Source: Chiloscyllium plagiosum
Lineage: Eukaryota
Direction: 5' to 3'
Assembly (NCBI RefSeq): GCF_004010195.1
Contig: NC_057720.1
Coordinates: 27,404,168 to 27,467,898 of the forward strand
Length of the DNA stretch: 63,731 nucleotides
Below the pieces are notes generated by a model. The model ran no database searches. It worked only from the letters and a program-made list of their open reading frames with translations, and was not told where the DNA came from. The position numbers were made by a program, and so were the translations under genes. Shown here in pieces: positions 12,313 through 24,690 of this stretch. How positions within the stretch are numbered: the first letter of the stretch is position 1; every line of letters begins with the position of its first letter.

Positions 12313-12364
12313 ACCACTTCTATTAGTTCTGTATTCAACTAGGTGCTCTTTAATTGATTTCCAG

Positions 12365-12506
12365 GTTATAGAATTTGATGATGGCACTGGATCAGTGCTT
12401 CGAATTCAACCACTAAGAGCACCACGAGATGAAGCAATCTATGAGTGCACAGCAGCGAATAGTTTTGGGGACATAACAACGAGTGCCAAACTAACAGTAC
12501 TTGCAG
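12365..12506 (+). CDS. PTPRF: LAR-family RPTP coding exon, second half of Ig1 (142 bp, phase 0 to 1)
   Basis: Acceptor tttccag ends at 12364 and donor gtaaga starts at 12507. Translation [47 protein letters not shown] lies within ORF 12137..12541 and is in phase with the previous exon. Confidence 0.94.
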
Positions 12507-12930
12507 GTAAGAATATTTTTTCTTTTTGTTGTAGCATTTAATTTGTTAATGCAACATCAAATCTCACCATGCTGCTAACAGAATCAGTGCAAACTGTCAA
12601 TTAGCTGTTAACATGATGTGGATGTGAACATTTAGTGATGGAAGAGGTCAGTTGAATATCAGGGATTTAACTTGATACAATGCAGAACTATGCAGAACTG
12701 GAAAGAGTCAAGATTGTGAAAGACAGACCATAAGACAGGCAATTTCAGAGACTTAATTACATCTCTTCTAGTTGCATTTGGAGTTTAATGCCACAAGGGA
12801 TTTTGTAGAAGAAATGTCTATTCATTTTGCAAGCTATTCAACCTGTTCATATCACACTGATAACCCAGATATCCAGAGTTACTATGGCCTCATTGATTGC
12901 ATGGATCTGACCCATTTTCACTTCGTTTTT

Positions 12931-13268
12931 GGGTGGCACAGTAGCTCATTAATTAGCAGTGCTGCCTCACAGTGCTAGCAAACTGGGTTTCATTCCATTC
13001 AACAACTATGTGGAATTTGTACATTCTGCCCATATCTGCTTGGGTTTCCTCTGGGTGCCCTGATTTCCTTTCTCAGTCCAAAGATAAGGTTAGGTGGATT
13101 GGCCATGCAAAATTGCCCATATGTCCAGGGATATACAGGCTAGGTGGGTTATCCATGGTAAACACAGGGTTACAAAAGTGCGATTGGTCTGGGTGGGATG
13201 GTCTTCAGAGGGTCGGTGTGGACTCATTGGGCTGAATGGCGTGCTTCCACACTGTAGGGATTCTATAA
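12931..13268 (+). mobile_element. V-SINE (HE1-like)
   Basis: gggtggcacagtagctca head, V domain, ggattggccatgcaaaattgccc, tail ctgtagggattctat. Confidence 0.8.
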
Positions 13269-13499
13269 TTTTGAATTGCATTTTCTTAAGATGAGTCCAT
13301 ACCACTCATGAAGTAGACAAGAATATCTATAGCAGTAGCATGTAAACCTGCTGAGAATCTATTGCATTTGTATATATGTATTGCACCTTACACTGAATAT
13401 GGTTTTATTCTGAGAGGTTTCCAATCCAATGTCATTCATTATATCTATAGATATGTCTAAATATAGATATATTTATAAAGTAATTATTTCACATCACCA

Positions 13500-13740
13500 A
13501 TTCCATTCCTCTCCCAGGCAACTGATTTTGATTGAACCAGACTATTTGTAGCCTCAGGGTCCTATTTGACCCAGAGATAAATTTATGAGCACCAATCCAT
13601 TGCATCACCAAAGCCACCTACTCCCACCTTGTGCCCTACCTCACAATACCTATGATGTGTCTCGACTTCATTATTCCAAAGCTCTCGTAACCTGACTCTA
13701 TTTTCCATCCGACATAAAATTGCACTTACCCAAAACTTTC
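13500..13740 (+). mobile_element. Old L2-type LINE fragment
   Basis: Decayed LGV.FDPE / ITKATY-like coding remnants. Confidence 0.4.
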
Positions 13741-15370
13741 ATGTTAGGTGATAGCCGTGTGGAAGATGGCAATATGGAATGCCATCATAGCTCAGGAAGA
13801 GAGGGAGTGATGCGAAAATAGAAGTGTACAAAATGGGAAAGAAATAGTAGATTTCAATGAAGGGGAATCCTTGTTTGAGGAAAGAGGAAGACCTATCTGA
13901 AGTGTGAAACTATCATTGCAGAACAGTTGTGACTGAGATGGAGAAACTGCATAATAATATAAAATCTATCCAGGAAACAGTGTGGGAAGTAGTGTGAAAA
14001 CAAGTGTGGAATCAGGATCTTATAATTGTCAGTTATCCCCAGCAATTGGGATCAAGAAGTCAATTAAGGGAAATTCATATTGAGAAAGTGGTTAAATAAT
14101 ATCTGGTGGTTTGTCTAGAACAATCTGCAGCTTTAAAATATATTTTCTGATGTGTACTCTATCATTTTGGCTGTATTTCAGTATTTCACTCACTTTACTA
14201 ATTGCTGCTATACAGTAACTGAGAATATGAAGTGTAGAACCCACTACTAGCCCTGGATCTTTTTCAGTTTCATGCTCTGCTATTTAACTAAGTACAGTAA
14301 AACAATAATTTAACAGCACTAAATTTCATCTTCTAATCTCCTACCCATTTAGAAGTTTTATTTAGAACCTTGGCCACGACTCTCAAAATTGACAAGTTTG
14401 GATTGGGACTCGAGCACTTAGCATTCTTGTATGCTATTGGAACATAGGAACAGGAGTAACCATTCATCCTTTAAGCCTTTTCCTGTAATTGATGAGGTGA
14501 AGGTTGATTAGCTTCACTCCCTGTAGCTGTTTTGAGCCTATTACTTTTTATACCTCTGTCAAAGAAAACTTGCTATCAATATAATACAATAAAAAAAACT
14601 GCGAATGCGAAAGGGCTGAAACACCCAAAGTCACTGAATTCATCAGAACATAGGAACAGGAGTGCGCCGTTCAGCCCCTCAAGCCTGTTCCATCATTCAG
14701 TGAGATCATGGCTAATCTGTGATCTAACTCCATATACCTGCCTTTGGTCCATACCCCTTATTACTTTTTGCTTAACAAAAATTTATCAATCTCATGTTTG
14801 AAATTAACATCTGATTCACTGCCATTTATGGAAGACAAATTCTAACAATTTTTCTTTATATTTCAAAACTCTACCACTCTCTGATTGAAAAGATTTAAGT
14901 CCCAACACTAATTCTGTTTTGAATATTTGTTTCTAACATATATTTACTCTTAAAAAGTGGACACTGCTGTCATAAATTAATCTGAAGTGTAGTCTAAATT
15001 CTATAACTAACTTTACATAGGATTATAAAGATAAAATTGGGTTTTCCTTGATTTGTAGGAAAAGTTGAAGACTGTTGTGAAAATTTACAGGCACTTTCCA
15101 AATCTAAATCTGAGTAGTTGTTTATATCACGTCACAGTAGAACACAGATCACTGTGTTTTCTCCCATCACACACACTTCACACCCTAATAATGTATTCAT
15201 AGATGGCAATACTCAGCCATTGTCCCATGTATTCAGATAACCTTTGTTCTCCCAGTTGCTAACGTTTCCTGACAGCACTTTCTTCTTTCTCAGCCTTCAC
15301 TCTGTATTCCTCTTCTAAGTATAAGCCTCACTACATTGAATACATTGTCCTCATCTACACACCTAGTTAC

Positions 15371-15578
15371 TGAAATAACTCCACTGAAGCCAGTATCCCT
15401 TCATGAAATCACCCTTTTGTTTTTACACATGTCTTGGACTTGACACTGGTCTGGCATCATCAGAGCTTCTGACTCTCCTGTTTATATCTGTCAACCAGAG
15501 CTCCTCAGATTAACAGCCCCCATCAGGGAACTCATATGTTATGACGTTCACCTGGCTGACCTCATTACAGTCACTACA
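15371..15578 (-). repeat. 3' LTR of the Gypsy element
   Basis: Minus strand starts TGTAG at 15578 and ends TTTCA at 15371; immediately preceded by polypurine tract AGAGGGGCAGGGA. Confidence 0.8.
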
Positions 15579-16028
15579 TCCCTGCCCCTCTGAGTCCAGG
15601 ACATGGCTGGTTCTTTTTTTTTGTATCTCCTCCTGGGGTGTTTTAGCACAGGGCCAGGTTCGTCCAATTCTACCTCTGATATGGGCGGTGTCATGCACAG
15701 TAAGTTCACCTATTCCGCCTGGAGCATCTTAGAAAACATTAATTCTTCTCTTCAGGCGGCAAAGGTGTTGAGGTGGCAACATCTTCCGCATCCATCTCAG
15801 ATTCCAAGATATCTTCAATGCTTGATGGAGACAGAGAACTCATGGCTTCCAGAACAATTGGAAAGGCAGTCGAGGATTGGTGTACATTTGCTCCCACGTT
15901 GTTTGCAAGTTTGCAGCTTTCATATGGTCCATGTCCTTGTTCAGGCAATTGCACCTCCCCAAACTACATAGTCTCTGTGGTTCCTATACCAAACTTCATC
16001 CCCTGAAGTAAGCTGTCTCTTTTGCTTA

Positions 16029-16234
16029 ATTAAAAATCACAATACCAGGATATAGTCCAACAGGTTTATTTGGAAGCACTAGCTGTTGAAGTGCTGCTTC
16101 TTCATCAGGTGGCTGTGGAGCAGAAGCAGCGCTTAGAAAGCTAGTGCTTCCAAATAAACCTGTTCGACTATAACCTGGTTTTGTGTGATTTTTAGCTTTG
16201 TCCACCGCAGTCCAGCTCTGGCACCTCCACATCA
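16029..16234. mobile_element. Penelope-like terminal fragment (family B), fold-back, nested in the Gypsy element
   Basis: Inverted arms (aaaatcac..ccagg.tatagtc.aacaggtttatttggaagcactagc and its reverse complement); 11-bp TSD tcttttgctta at 16018-16028 and 16235-16245. Confidence 0.8.
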
Positions 16235-16719
16235 TCTTTTGCTTAGCAGAGCCTTGTGTCCAGCATTAGTATTCCTGATGCCATTTCACCCAGAAGATTA
16301 GATTTAACCTGGTGCGGAGTTCTTTCCCCATTATCAACTCTGCTGGAGCTATCCTTTTGGTTCTATGAGGGGTGATCCTCTAATCAAATAGGAACCAGAA
16401 CAGTTTGGTATCTACTGATATTGTAGACTGTTTCTTAAAGCCTGCCTTCAAAGTTTGGACTGCTCTTTCTGCCAGACCATTGGATGGTATGGAGCTGTCC
16501 TTCCACGTTGAATACTATTTGACTTTAGGAAATACTCAAATTCCCTGCTGGTGACCTGCACTTCCAGAAGTCCATGTATTGCGAAAGATGCCTGCAGTTT
16601 TTCTATTGTTGTCCCCATGTTTGATGAATGACATCTCTGCACATCCAGCCACTTTAAGTGGGCATCCACAATGACTAAGAAGATTGAGCTGATGAAAAGA
16701 CTTACATATTCAACATATA

Positions 16720-16885
16720 GGAGAAAGTGAGGACTGCAGATGCTGGCGATCAGAGCTTAAAAATGTGTTGCTGGAAAAGCGCAGCAGGTCAGGCAGCATC
16801 CAAGGAGAAGGAGAATCGCTGTTTCGGGCATAAGCCTTCCTGAAGAAGGGCTTATGCCCGAAACATTGATTCTCCTTCTCCTTTT
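16720..16885. mobile_element. Penelope-like terminal fragment (family A), partial fold-back, nested in the Gypsy integrase
   Basis: 14-bp TSD atattcaacatata at 16706-16719 and 16886-16899. Confidence 0.85.
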
Positions 16886-19039
16886 ATATTCAACATATAA
16901 CCAAGTAATGGGTTTACCAGGCCATTTCCATGAATGTGGGGGAGCTGCTGGCCATAATTTTTGTCCTTGCTAACACTCAGGGCACTGCCCTATCAACGTG
17001 GCTATGTCCTCATCCAGTCCGGGCCACCAGACGTAGCCTGTCGCCAACATCTTCATTTTGAAAACCCCTGGATGACTCTGGTGCAGTTTAGCCAATATTT
17101 GGCTGTAATCTTTGCATGGGACAGTCATTCTGGGTTCCCATAATAATATGCCATCCACTATTGTGATCTGGTCCAAAATGGTTTCAGTTCTCGTTGTGAC
17201 AGCCTTTTGGTTTCCCCCATCACCACCAGCTGTTTCAGTTTTACCAGGACTGGATCCTTCTACATCAAAATTCTGGTATTGTCAGCTGTCACTGGGAGTG
17301 TGTCCAGAAAATGTAAAATCATTACAGACTAGTTCAGTGGCGGTACCATTAGTGGTGTACCTGCAACGGGAGTCCGCTCATTATATCTGCATTTGGTACT
17401 TGGCCTCCCAGACAGAGTTCCAACTTGTAATTATACACTTAGTATGACAGCCCACTACTGAATTTGGCTTGAAGAACTGGGTGGCACTGCCTTGTCCTCT
17501 TTAAGTAGGCCTAAAAGGGGTTTGTGGTCCGTTATTATTACAAATTTACGTCTGTAAAGGTATTGGTGGAACTTCCTGACTCTAAATATGACTGCTAAAC
17601 CTTCCTTCTCTATCTGCATTAGCCAAAGTCCACTGCATACATTACTGGGCATTCCCCACTATTGGGTCACCTGTGAGCTAATACTACCCCAATGATGTAT
17701 GGGGAGGCATCACATGTCAATACCAGATCTCATTTGAGGTCATAGTGTGCCAACACCTGAGAGGAAGATAGCTGTTTCTTCACCTGCCTGAAAGCTATGG
17801 TTTGGCTATGACCACTTCCAAGGTTGACCCTTTTTTGAGAGTCAAATGTGCCAGGATGGAAGCCAGTTTATGTATGAACTGTCCATAATAATTCACCAGC
17901 TTAAAAGAAACACCTAAGCCTTGGTACAGACATGGGAGCTAGAGCACCCTCACTTTATCTTCCAACTGTTGTAATCCTATCTTGCTGACTCTGTAGCCCA
18001 AGAGGTCATTTTGGATGCCTGGAACACACATTTTCCCTTCTAAGTCACCTGAGAGAAACACTTAAGGACTATGTCCAAGTTCTCTAAGTGCTTCTTATTA
18101 GTCTTCCCTGTTATTAGCATGCCATCTACATAAATTGCGATCTGGGGTAGACCTTGCAAAATGTTCTTCATCATCCACTGTAAAATTGCACAGTCTGACA
18201 ATACCCAAGATGGCAGTCTTGTATATTTGTACAAATCCTTACGGAGATTAATTGTAGCATACTTCTGGGAATCCTGATCTAACCTCAGTTGCAAGTTCAC
18301 ATGGCTCATGTCGAACTTTCTACAGTACATTCCCCCCTCCTGCTTTGTGCATAAATATTAAATGCGAGGGATTGGGTATTTATCCAGCTGCGAAAAGCGA
18401 TTTGCCATTTGTTTAAAATGCCCACCTGTCAGCCTTCACATTTGGTATGACTGGTGCTGTCCATTTCACAAACTGGACTAGTTTGATGATTCCTTTGCTT
18501 TCCAGTCTTCTGATTTCTATCTTTATACTTTTGCCTGGAAGGCAAATGGCACTGGGTGGGCCTTACAGAATTGTTGAATTGCTTCCTGGTCAACATGTAA
18601 GATGACCATGGCTCCTTTGATAGTCCCTGATAAAACCTCTGGATATTTAATTCGGACTTCACCCAGTCAGCCAGTTTCTAATCAAAAAATGTTGAGCCAA
18701 TCAAAATGAATCTTTCTCAACCAATTTTGCCCCATCAAGCTAGGGCCCGAGCCTTATACCACAATCAGTGGTAACTGAACCAGCTGCTTCTCATAAGAGA
18801 CTGGACCGAAGTTGTACCCATAATGGTTCCCTGGTATGGGTTCTCAGTCTAGCCAAGGTGTTACACAAACTTAAGGGTTGGAGCCTGGAGTGAATTTTGT
18901 TAAAGTCTGATTCCACAATCACTGAAACAGCCACACTAGTATTGACCTCTGTTAGAACCAGGTGACCATTTAGCCAGGCATTTATTTTTATTTATTCTGA
19001 TTTGGATGTTGCTAACCAATTTAAAGACACCCCTTTTTA

Positions 19040-19323
19040 TTAGAGTGACCAGAATCCTCTGACACTCCTGTTTTTTTTATTTTTCCCCAGCACTCATGTG
19101 TGTGTGTGTGTGTGTATGTGTGGGGATATCAGACACGGTGAAGAACAAAAAGTGCATAAATCTTTTATTTATATTCCAGCACTCCTATTTATTTTGTTTT
19201 TTTTTAAAACACTCCTGTTTATATCTGTCACCCAGGACTCCTTGATTGGACCAGATTAACAGCTTCAAACAGGGAACTCATATTCTCTGAGTTCACCTGG
19301 GTGACCTCATTACAGTCACTACA
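19040..19323 (-). repeat. 5' LTR of the Gypsy element (truncated, carries an insertion)
   Basis: 19211-19323 aligns with about 15473-15578; insertion 19074-19208 lies between acactcctgttt duplicates. Confidence 0.75.
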
Positions 19324-20170
19324 AGGACAAAACTCTGTTGTTGGGTCTTCTACATACTGGCTTAAAAAGATCTCCTGGATACATTACAAGAGTTTTGCTC
19401 CCTTTAAACCTTTCAGTCTTTGACGACCCCAGCTTTAGTTGAGGAAGTTGAAATCCCCTATCACTACCCTATTACTTTCACACTTCCCTGAAATTTGTCT
19501 ACAAATCTGCCCTCCTGTTTCTCTTAGACTTTTAGGAGACCTTTAGTACATTTCCAGCAATGTAATTGCACCTCGGTTTCATATTCGACACAATAAGCTT
19601 CGTTTGTTTGTCTACATTGTTCTTGTTACTGCTCACATTTATTGGTTGTGAGGTGTTTTGAGATATCCTGTTTTCTCAAAGGTGCTTTATCAATGTTAAT
19701 ATTTCTCCCTTAACTCAGTTCAAGGTATCGTCCTTCTTCCCTTACCTTCAATTTTTACAGATTCTTTTTCTTCCCTCCCTAGCACTCTTATTGCCCCTCT
19801 TCAACTTTCCTATTTTATGTTGTACTGATCACTTCCCACCCATCCAACTCATATCTCTTCATTTCAAGTGTGATCAAATTTGGCTTGTTTTGTTTTGGTG
19901 GTCACGATGTCCAAAAATAACTCTTGAACGTTACTATACACCTCTGCATCAATTGGTCAAGGGGAGTTCAATGATCCCTATATACTGCCTTCCATGTTTA
20001 TTAGAACTCCTATGCAAGCTTTACCATGAGAAGTTAAATACAATGGTTGCAGGTTGTGAGGCTAACCAGATGAGTGTCTTTCATGGAGTTTAGACACCAA
20101 GGTATATACTATTATATTCTCAATGTGAAAGACCCATATGTCTTTTGTTGGTAGCCTTGTAAATTTGATA

Positions 20171-20505
20171 CTGCTGAAAATGTGTTGCTGGAAAAACACA
20201 GCAGGTCAGGCAGCATCCAGGGAACAGGAGAATCGACGTTTCGGGCATAAGCCCTTCTTCAGGAATGAGGAAAGTGTGTCCAGCAGGCTAAGATAAAAGG
20301 TAGGGAGGAAGGACTTGGGGGAGGGGCGTCGGAAATGCGATAGGTGGAAAGAGGTCAAGGTGAGGGTGATAGGTCAGACTGGGGTGGGGGCGGAGAGGTC
20401 AGGAAGAAGATTGCAGGTTAGGAAGGCAGTGCTGAATTCGATGGATTTGACTGAGACAAGGTGGGGGGAGGGGAAATGAGGAAACTGGTGAAATCCGAGT
20501 TCATC
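20171..20505 (-). mobile_element. 5'-truncated Penelope-like element 3' end (family A)
   Basis: Terminal sequence is nearly identical to the 4634 arm. Intact CUGAAGA..GAAACGUC on the minus strand at about 20235-20262. 16-bp direct repeat ccttgtaaatttgata at 20155-20170 and 20506-20521. Confidence 0.85.
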
Positions 20506-22139
20506 CCTTGTAAATTTGATAGTCTCTTTATTCGAGTAATGGATTTTGTAATTCTTTGATGTGCAGATTTGGTGACACTAGGGAGTTTCCATTAGCTACT
20601 TCACTGATATAATTTTCTATGAGTGCATGTTTTGTTTTGCTGAGCTGATTTTTGTTTAAAAAAAATGTAATGCTCAAAAATAGAGACAAACTTTTCCCAT
20701 ATTCCAGTATGACGCAGCTAGTAATATTGTACTCTTAAATGTTGCTGTTTGTGTGTTCAGGAGTGTCAGAGTAACCATAACTGTTGAAAAATGTCTCGAT
20801 ATGAATTGATTGAAGTGTAAGATTTTGTGTGGTCCCTGATGACTGAAATTTTACACAAGATAATTCATGAAGAAGTTTGAACTGAGTTCAACTTGACTGG
20901 AAAGTTAGTTATCCTTGGTAAATTTGCTCACTCTTTCTTGCAAAATGATCTTTGATGCCCTCATGTGGACAGAAAGGGAATATGCTTTTCCTTTCAGAGT
21001 ATGGAACATAATACCAAAAAGATTCAAAAGTTAAAAACAAATTTAAGATCTTTTCAGTGGTGAAAGGTTACTCGGTGAAAGATTACTCAAATATTTCATT
21101 CTACAAGGCCACAGTAAGAATTGTTTATCATGTCCAATTCTAAAGCAATTAGAACTAAAAGCCTGTTCTCCATTCAATTCTTTAAAACCCCAAAACAAGT
21201 ATATTGTAAAGATATAGAAGTACAGGGCAATAATGCAATATTAATCTTTTGTGTCAACGAACAGCATGAAATAAACTTTACCTAAGTGCTTTGCATATGT
21301 GATACTGACCTCTGTGGATGTATACTGGAAGTGAACAGAACAAATCAATAGAGGTTTTACCTGGAAACATCGAAAAAATGACTACTTTGCTGCTGAGCCT
21401 CAGATGACCTTCGAATTGTTGGGACCCTCAAGGTCTTAATTTTTGTGGTGTTTTGTTACTTTTCTACTTGCAAGCTAGCAGCTCAATGAATTAATATGTT
21501 CAGTTGCCTGTAGATTGGATCATTCCCTTCTGAGGAATTAAGTTCAGTCTTTACATAGGAAGTTTTATTTGAGCATTTTTGTTTTTCTCAGTGACGTAGC
21601 TTGGATCTGTTCAGCTTTTTCTATTTAGTTCTGATGTGCTTGTTGCCTGAAATAGCTGCCTCTTCCCATTGAAATGAATAAAGGCCTGGATTCAAATGAG
21701 ATATGAAATACAGCGAACATTATAAACACATTATCAGACACAAGTAAATATTTCAATTGTGTGTTGTCAGCCGGTTTTCTCCTGTAGTATAACAGAACTG
21801 TTTTATTTGACAACCAAACACATGACAGCAGCAGTATTTGGGACCTGCTGTTTTTTCTTTCAAGAGGAATTAAAGTACATTACGAACAAGAGTAGGCCAT
21901 TCAGTCCCTCAACAGTTTTCCACCATTCATCAAGCTTATATGTCCTGGCTGTTCGCACATGGGCTCCATTTATCAACCTTTGGGATTGGAAGATTGCAAC
22001 CTTCACACAGCTCAAACCGTAACTTCTGCCTGGCATCAGAGTCCCAGTCTTCATAGCAAGAGCTCAACAATCGTGGTTGTCTTTAGGGTAAAGCAACATG
22101 GCTATAAGGTCCTGGAACAAATATCTCCTGACTCAATAT

Positions 22140-22690
22140 TGAAAACAGGACATACTGGAAAAACTCAGCAGGCTGGCAGTAGGGAGAGAAACTGGATTAA
22201 CATTTGAAGTCAAACATGACTCGAAAGTTATAGTTTTTATACTGTAGACAAAGGAAGAGGTAGAGCAAACAGAATAGTTGGTGATGGGTGCTCAGATCAG
22301 AAGGCAAAGTGACTGCTAATAGCTTTGTGATATCAATGTAAAATAGGTGTTAATGATGGAAAATATGTCAAGTATGCTGAAAGTAAACTGACTGTTGTCA
22401 GCAATGAAAGTAAACAGTCTTGGGGAAACAGGAGGATTCAGAAAGGGTTGTATAATGAAAACGGAGGACAGTGCTTATTATCTGAAATTGTTGAAGCCAG
22501 TGTTGAGCCCTTGAAAGCATAAAGCGGCTAACAGGAAACGTTTCCGACAGCTTGCATTGGGCTTTGCTGGAACACTGCAGCTGGCCGAGGAGAGAAATGT
22601 TAGCATGAGAGCAAAATGATGTACTTGTATTGAAATGAAAAGTGACTGGAGGCACTTGCCATGTCACTTTCTCTCTCGTCATGGTTTAGG
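22140..22690 (-). mobile_element. Old Penelope-like 3' region
   Basis: ctggaaaaactcagcaggctggcag terminal motif; ORF 22398..22682 (PVTFHFN..SHANISLLG.LQC) resembles a PLE endonuclease C-terminus. Confidence 0.55.
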
Positions 22691-22739
22691 CCCCAAATAC
22701 AGCCTCCATGTGTTAGAGGAATTGGAATCCTTGAAAATG

Positions 22740-23980
22740 GTTTGTTCCCTAGGATGTTGAAGGAGGTCAAGGAGGAAATAGCAGAGGCACTGAGAATCTT
22801 TAATAGACACAGGTGAGGTGCCAGAGGAATGCAAATGTAGTTTGTTTAAAAAGGGTCCAAATGATTATAGGCCACTTAGTGGTAGGAAAATGATAAGAAT
22901 TCATCCTGAGAGATAGGATAAACTGTCATTTAGAAAGGCATGGACTTTTCTGGGATAGTCAGCATGGCTTTGTTAAGGGATGGTCAAGCCTTACAAATTT
23001 GATTGAATTCTTTGAAGAAGTAAAAAGGAGTATCGATGAAGGTAATTCAGTGGATGTTAACTACATGGATCTTAGTTAGGCATTTGACAAAGTACTTCTT
23101 CAAAGAAGTAAAAGCCAATGGGTTACAGGATAATGTGTTCACTTGGATCCAATATTGGCTGAGTAACAGGAAACAAAGGATAATGGTCGATGGCTGTCCT
23201 TCTACATGGAAGGCTGTTTCAAATGTGAGGTTTTGCATTCTGGAAAGTCAAATCAAGGTACAAATGGTAGGGCATTAAGGAATGTAGTGGAACAGAGGGA
23301 CTTTGGAGTTCACATGCACGGTTCTCTTAAACGTGGAGTCACAGGTAGACAGGGCAGTGAAAAAGAACCTTTGGCACAGTGGCCTTCATCAGTCAGAGCA
23401 TTGAATACAGAAGTTGGGAAGGTATGTTGCAGTTATACAGGACGTTGGTGAGGCTGCACTTGTAGTATTGTGTTCAGTTTTTATCACCTTGCTATAGGAA
23501 GGATGCTATTAAACTGGAAAGAGTGCGGAAGAAATTTACAAGGATTTTGCCAGGACTCTATGGCCTGAGTTATAGGGAGAGGTTGGACAAGCTCAGACCT
23601 TTTTCTTTAGAGTGTAAGAGACTGAGGTGGAATCTTAAAGAAGTATATAAGATCATGAGAGGCATGGATAGGGTGATTGTACTCAGTCTTTTTCCCAGAG
23701 TTGGGGAATTGAGGACTAGAGGGCATCAGGTTAAGGTAAGTGGGAAAGAATAAATGGGAACCTGAGGGGCAGCTTTTTTACACACAGAGAATGGTGTGCA
23801 TATGAAATGAGCTGCTAAGGGAAGTGGTTGACGTGGGTATATTAACAACATTTAAAAGGTATTTGGACAAATACATAGAGAGGAAATGTTTATTGGGGTT
23901 AGCACCAGTGCATGTTTTGGACAGCGTGGACCAGTTTGGGTTGAAGGGCTTGTCTCTGTGTTGTAGGACTCTGTGACACA
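22740..23980 (+). mobile_element. CR1 LINE, internally deleted ORF2 plus 3' end
   Basis: SQHGFVKG..LTNLIEFFEE, WIQYWLSNRKQR and LSYRERLDKL motifs; CR1 3' tail. Confidence 0.88.
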
Positions 23981-24477
23981 ATAACTGTAAGTGGTGTTCT
24001 GCAGGCTTCCATTGTTGGGAACTCAGCTGCTTGTTTTATGTATTAATGATTTGGACTTGAAGGTGGAGGGGCCCAATTGGAAATTTGCAGCCGACATGAA
24101 AATTGACCATGTTGTAGATAGTGTAGAGGATAGCTGCAAGCTCCGAAATGATAAAGGTGGGTTGGTGGAGTTGGCAAGAAAGTGGCAGATGGAGTTCAAC
24201 TCTAATAAATGTGAGGCAATGTATTTAAGGAGGTCATACAGCAAAAGGGAATACATAATAATTGGGAATAGATTGAGAGGGATAGATGAAGTGAGAGGTC
24301 TTGGTGTGTAAGTGCACAGGTCCAAAAATGTGGTAGTACAGGTAGAAAGGGTTATAAAGAAGGCATAAAAATTGCTCTCTTTCTTGGCAGATGTAGGCAT
24401 ATCATGATAAAACTGTATCAGACACTGATGAGGTCACACTTATATGCAGTTTTGGTTAGCATATTACTAGAAGGATG

Positions 24478-24690
24478 ATTTGGAGATGCCAGTGTTGGAC
24501 TGGGGTGTACAAAGTTAAAAATCACACAACACCAGGTTATAGTCCAACAGGTTTAACTGGAAGCACTAGCTTTCAGAGCACCGCTCCTTCATCAGGTGGT
24601 TGATGAAGGAGCGGCGCTCCAAAAGGTAGTGCTTCCAGTTAAACTTGTTGGACTATAACCTGGTGTTGTGTGATTTTTAACTTTGTACAG
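24478..24690. mobile_element. Penelope-like terminal fragment (family B), fold-back
   Basis: 88-bp arms 24507-24594 and 24601-24688 with a 6-nt spacer; gaaggatg duplicated at 24470-24477 and 24691-24698. Confidence 0.85.
24564..24598 (-). ncRNA. Minimal hammerhead-ribozyme-like motif (PLE family B)
   Basis: Minus strand: CAC-CUGAUGA-A-GGAGC(GGU)GCUCU-GAAA-GCUA-GUG, giving a 3-bp stem I (CAC/GUG), a 5-bp stem II, the AGCU palindrome and NUH = CUA. Confidence 0.6.

Larger units (their letters stand above)
15371..19323 (-). mobile_element. Gypsy/Ty3 LTR retrotransposon, decayed, with no recognisable gag
   Basis: Minus-strand order: protease remnant (about 18900-18990), RT (18040..18330, YVDG in place of YLDD), RNase H (17455..17652, QIEKEGLA..TDHKPL), integrase HHCC (16970..17176), integrase core (16448..16669). 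Flanked by two related LTRs starting TGTAGTGACTG. Confidence 0.92.

Noticed and set aside
12137..12541. 134-aa ORF as a complete gene
   Set aside because: The N-terminal part is PLE-derived and intronic; only 12365-12506 is a spliced exon
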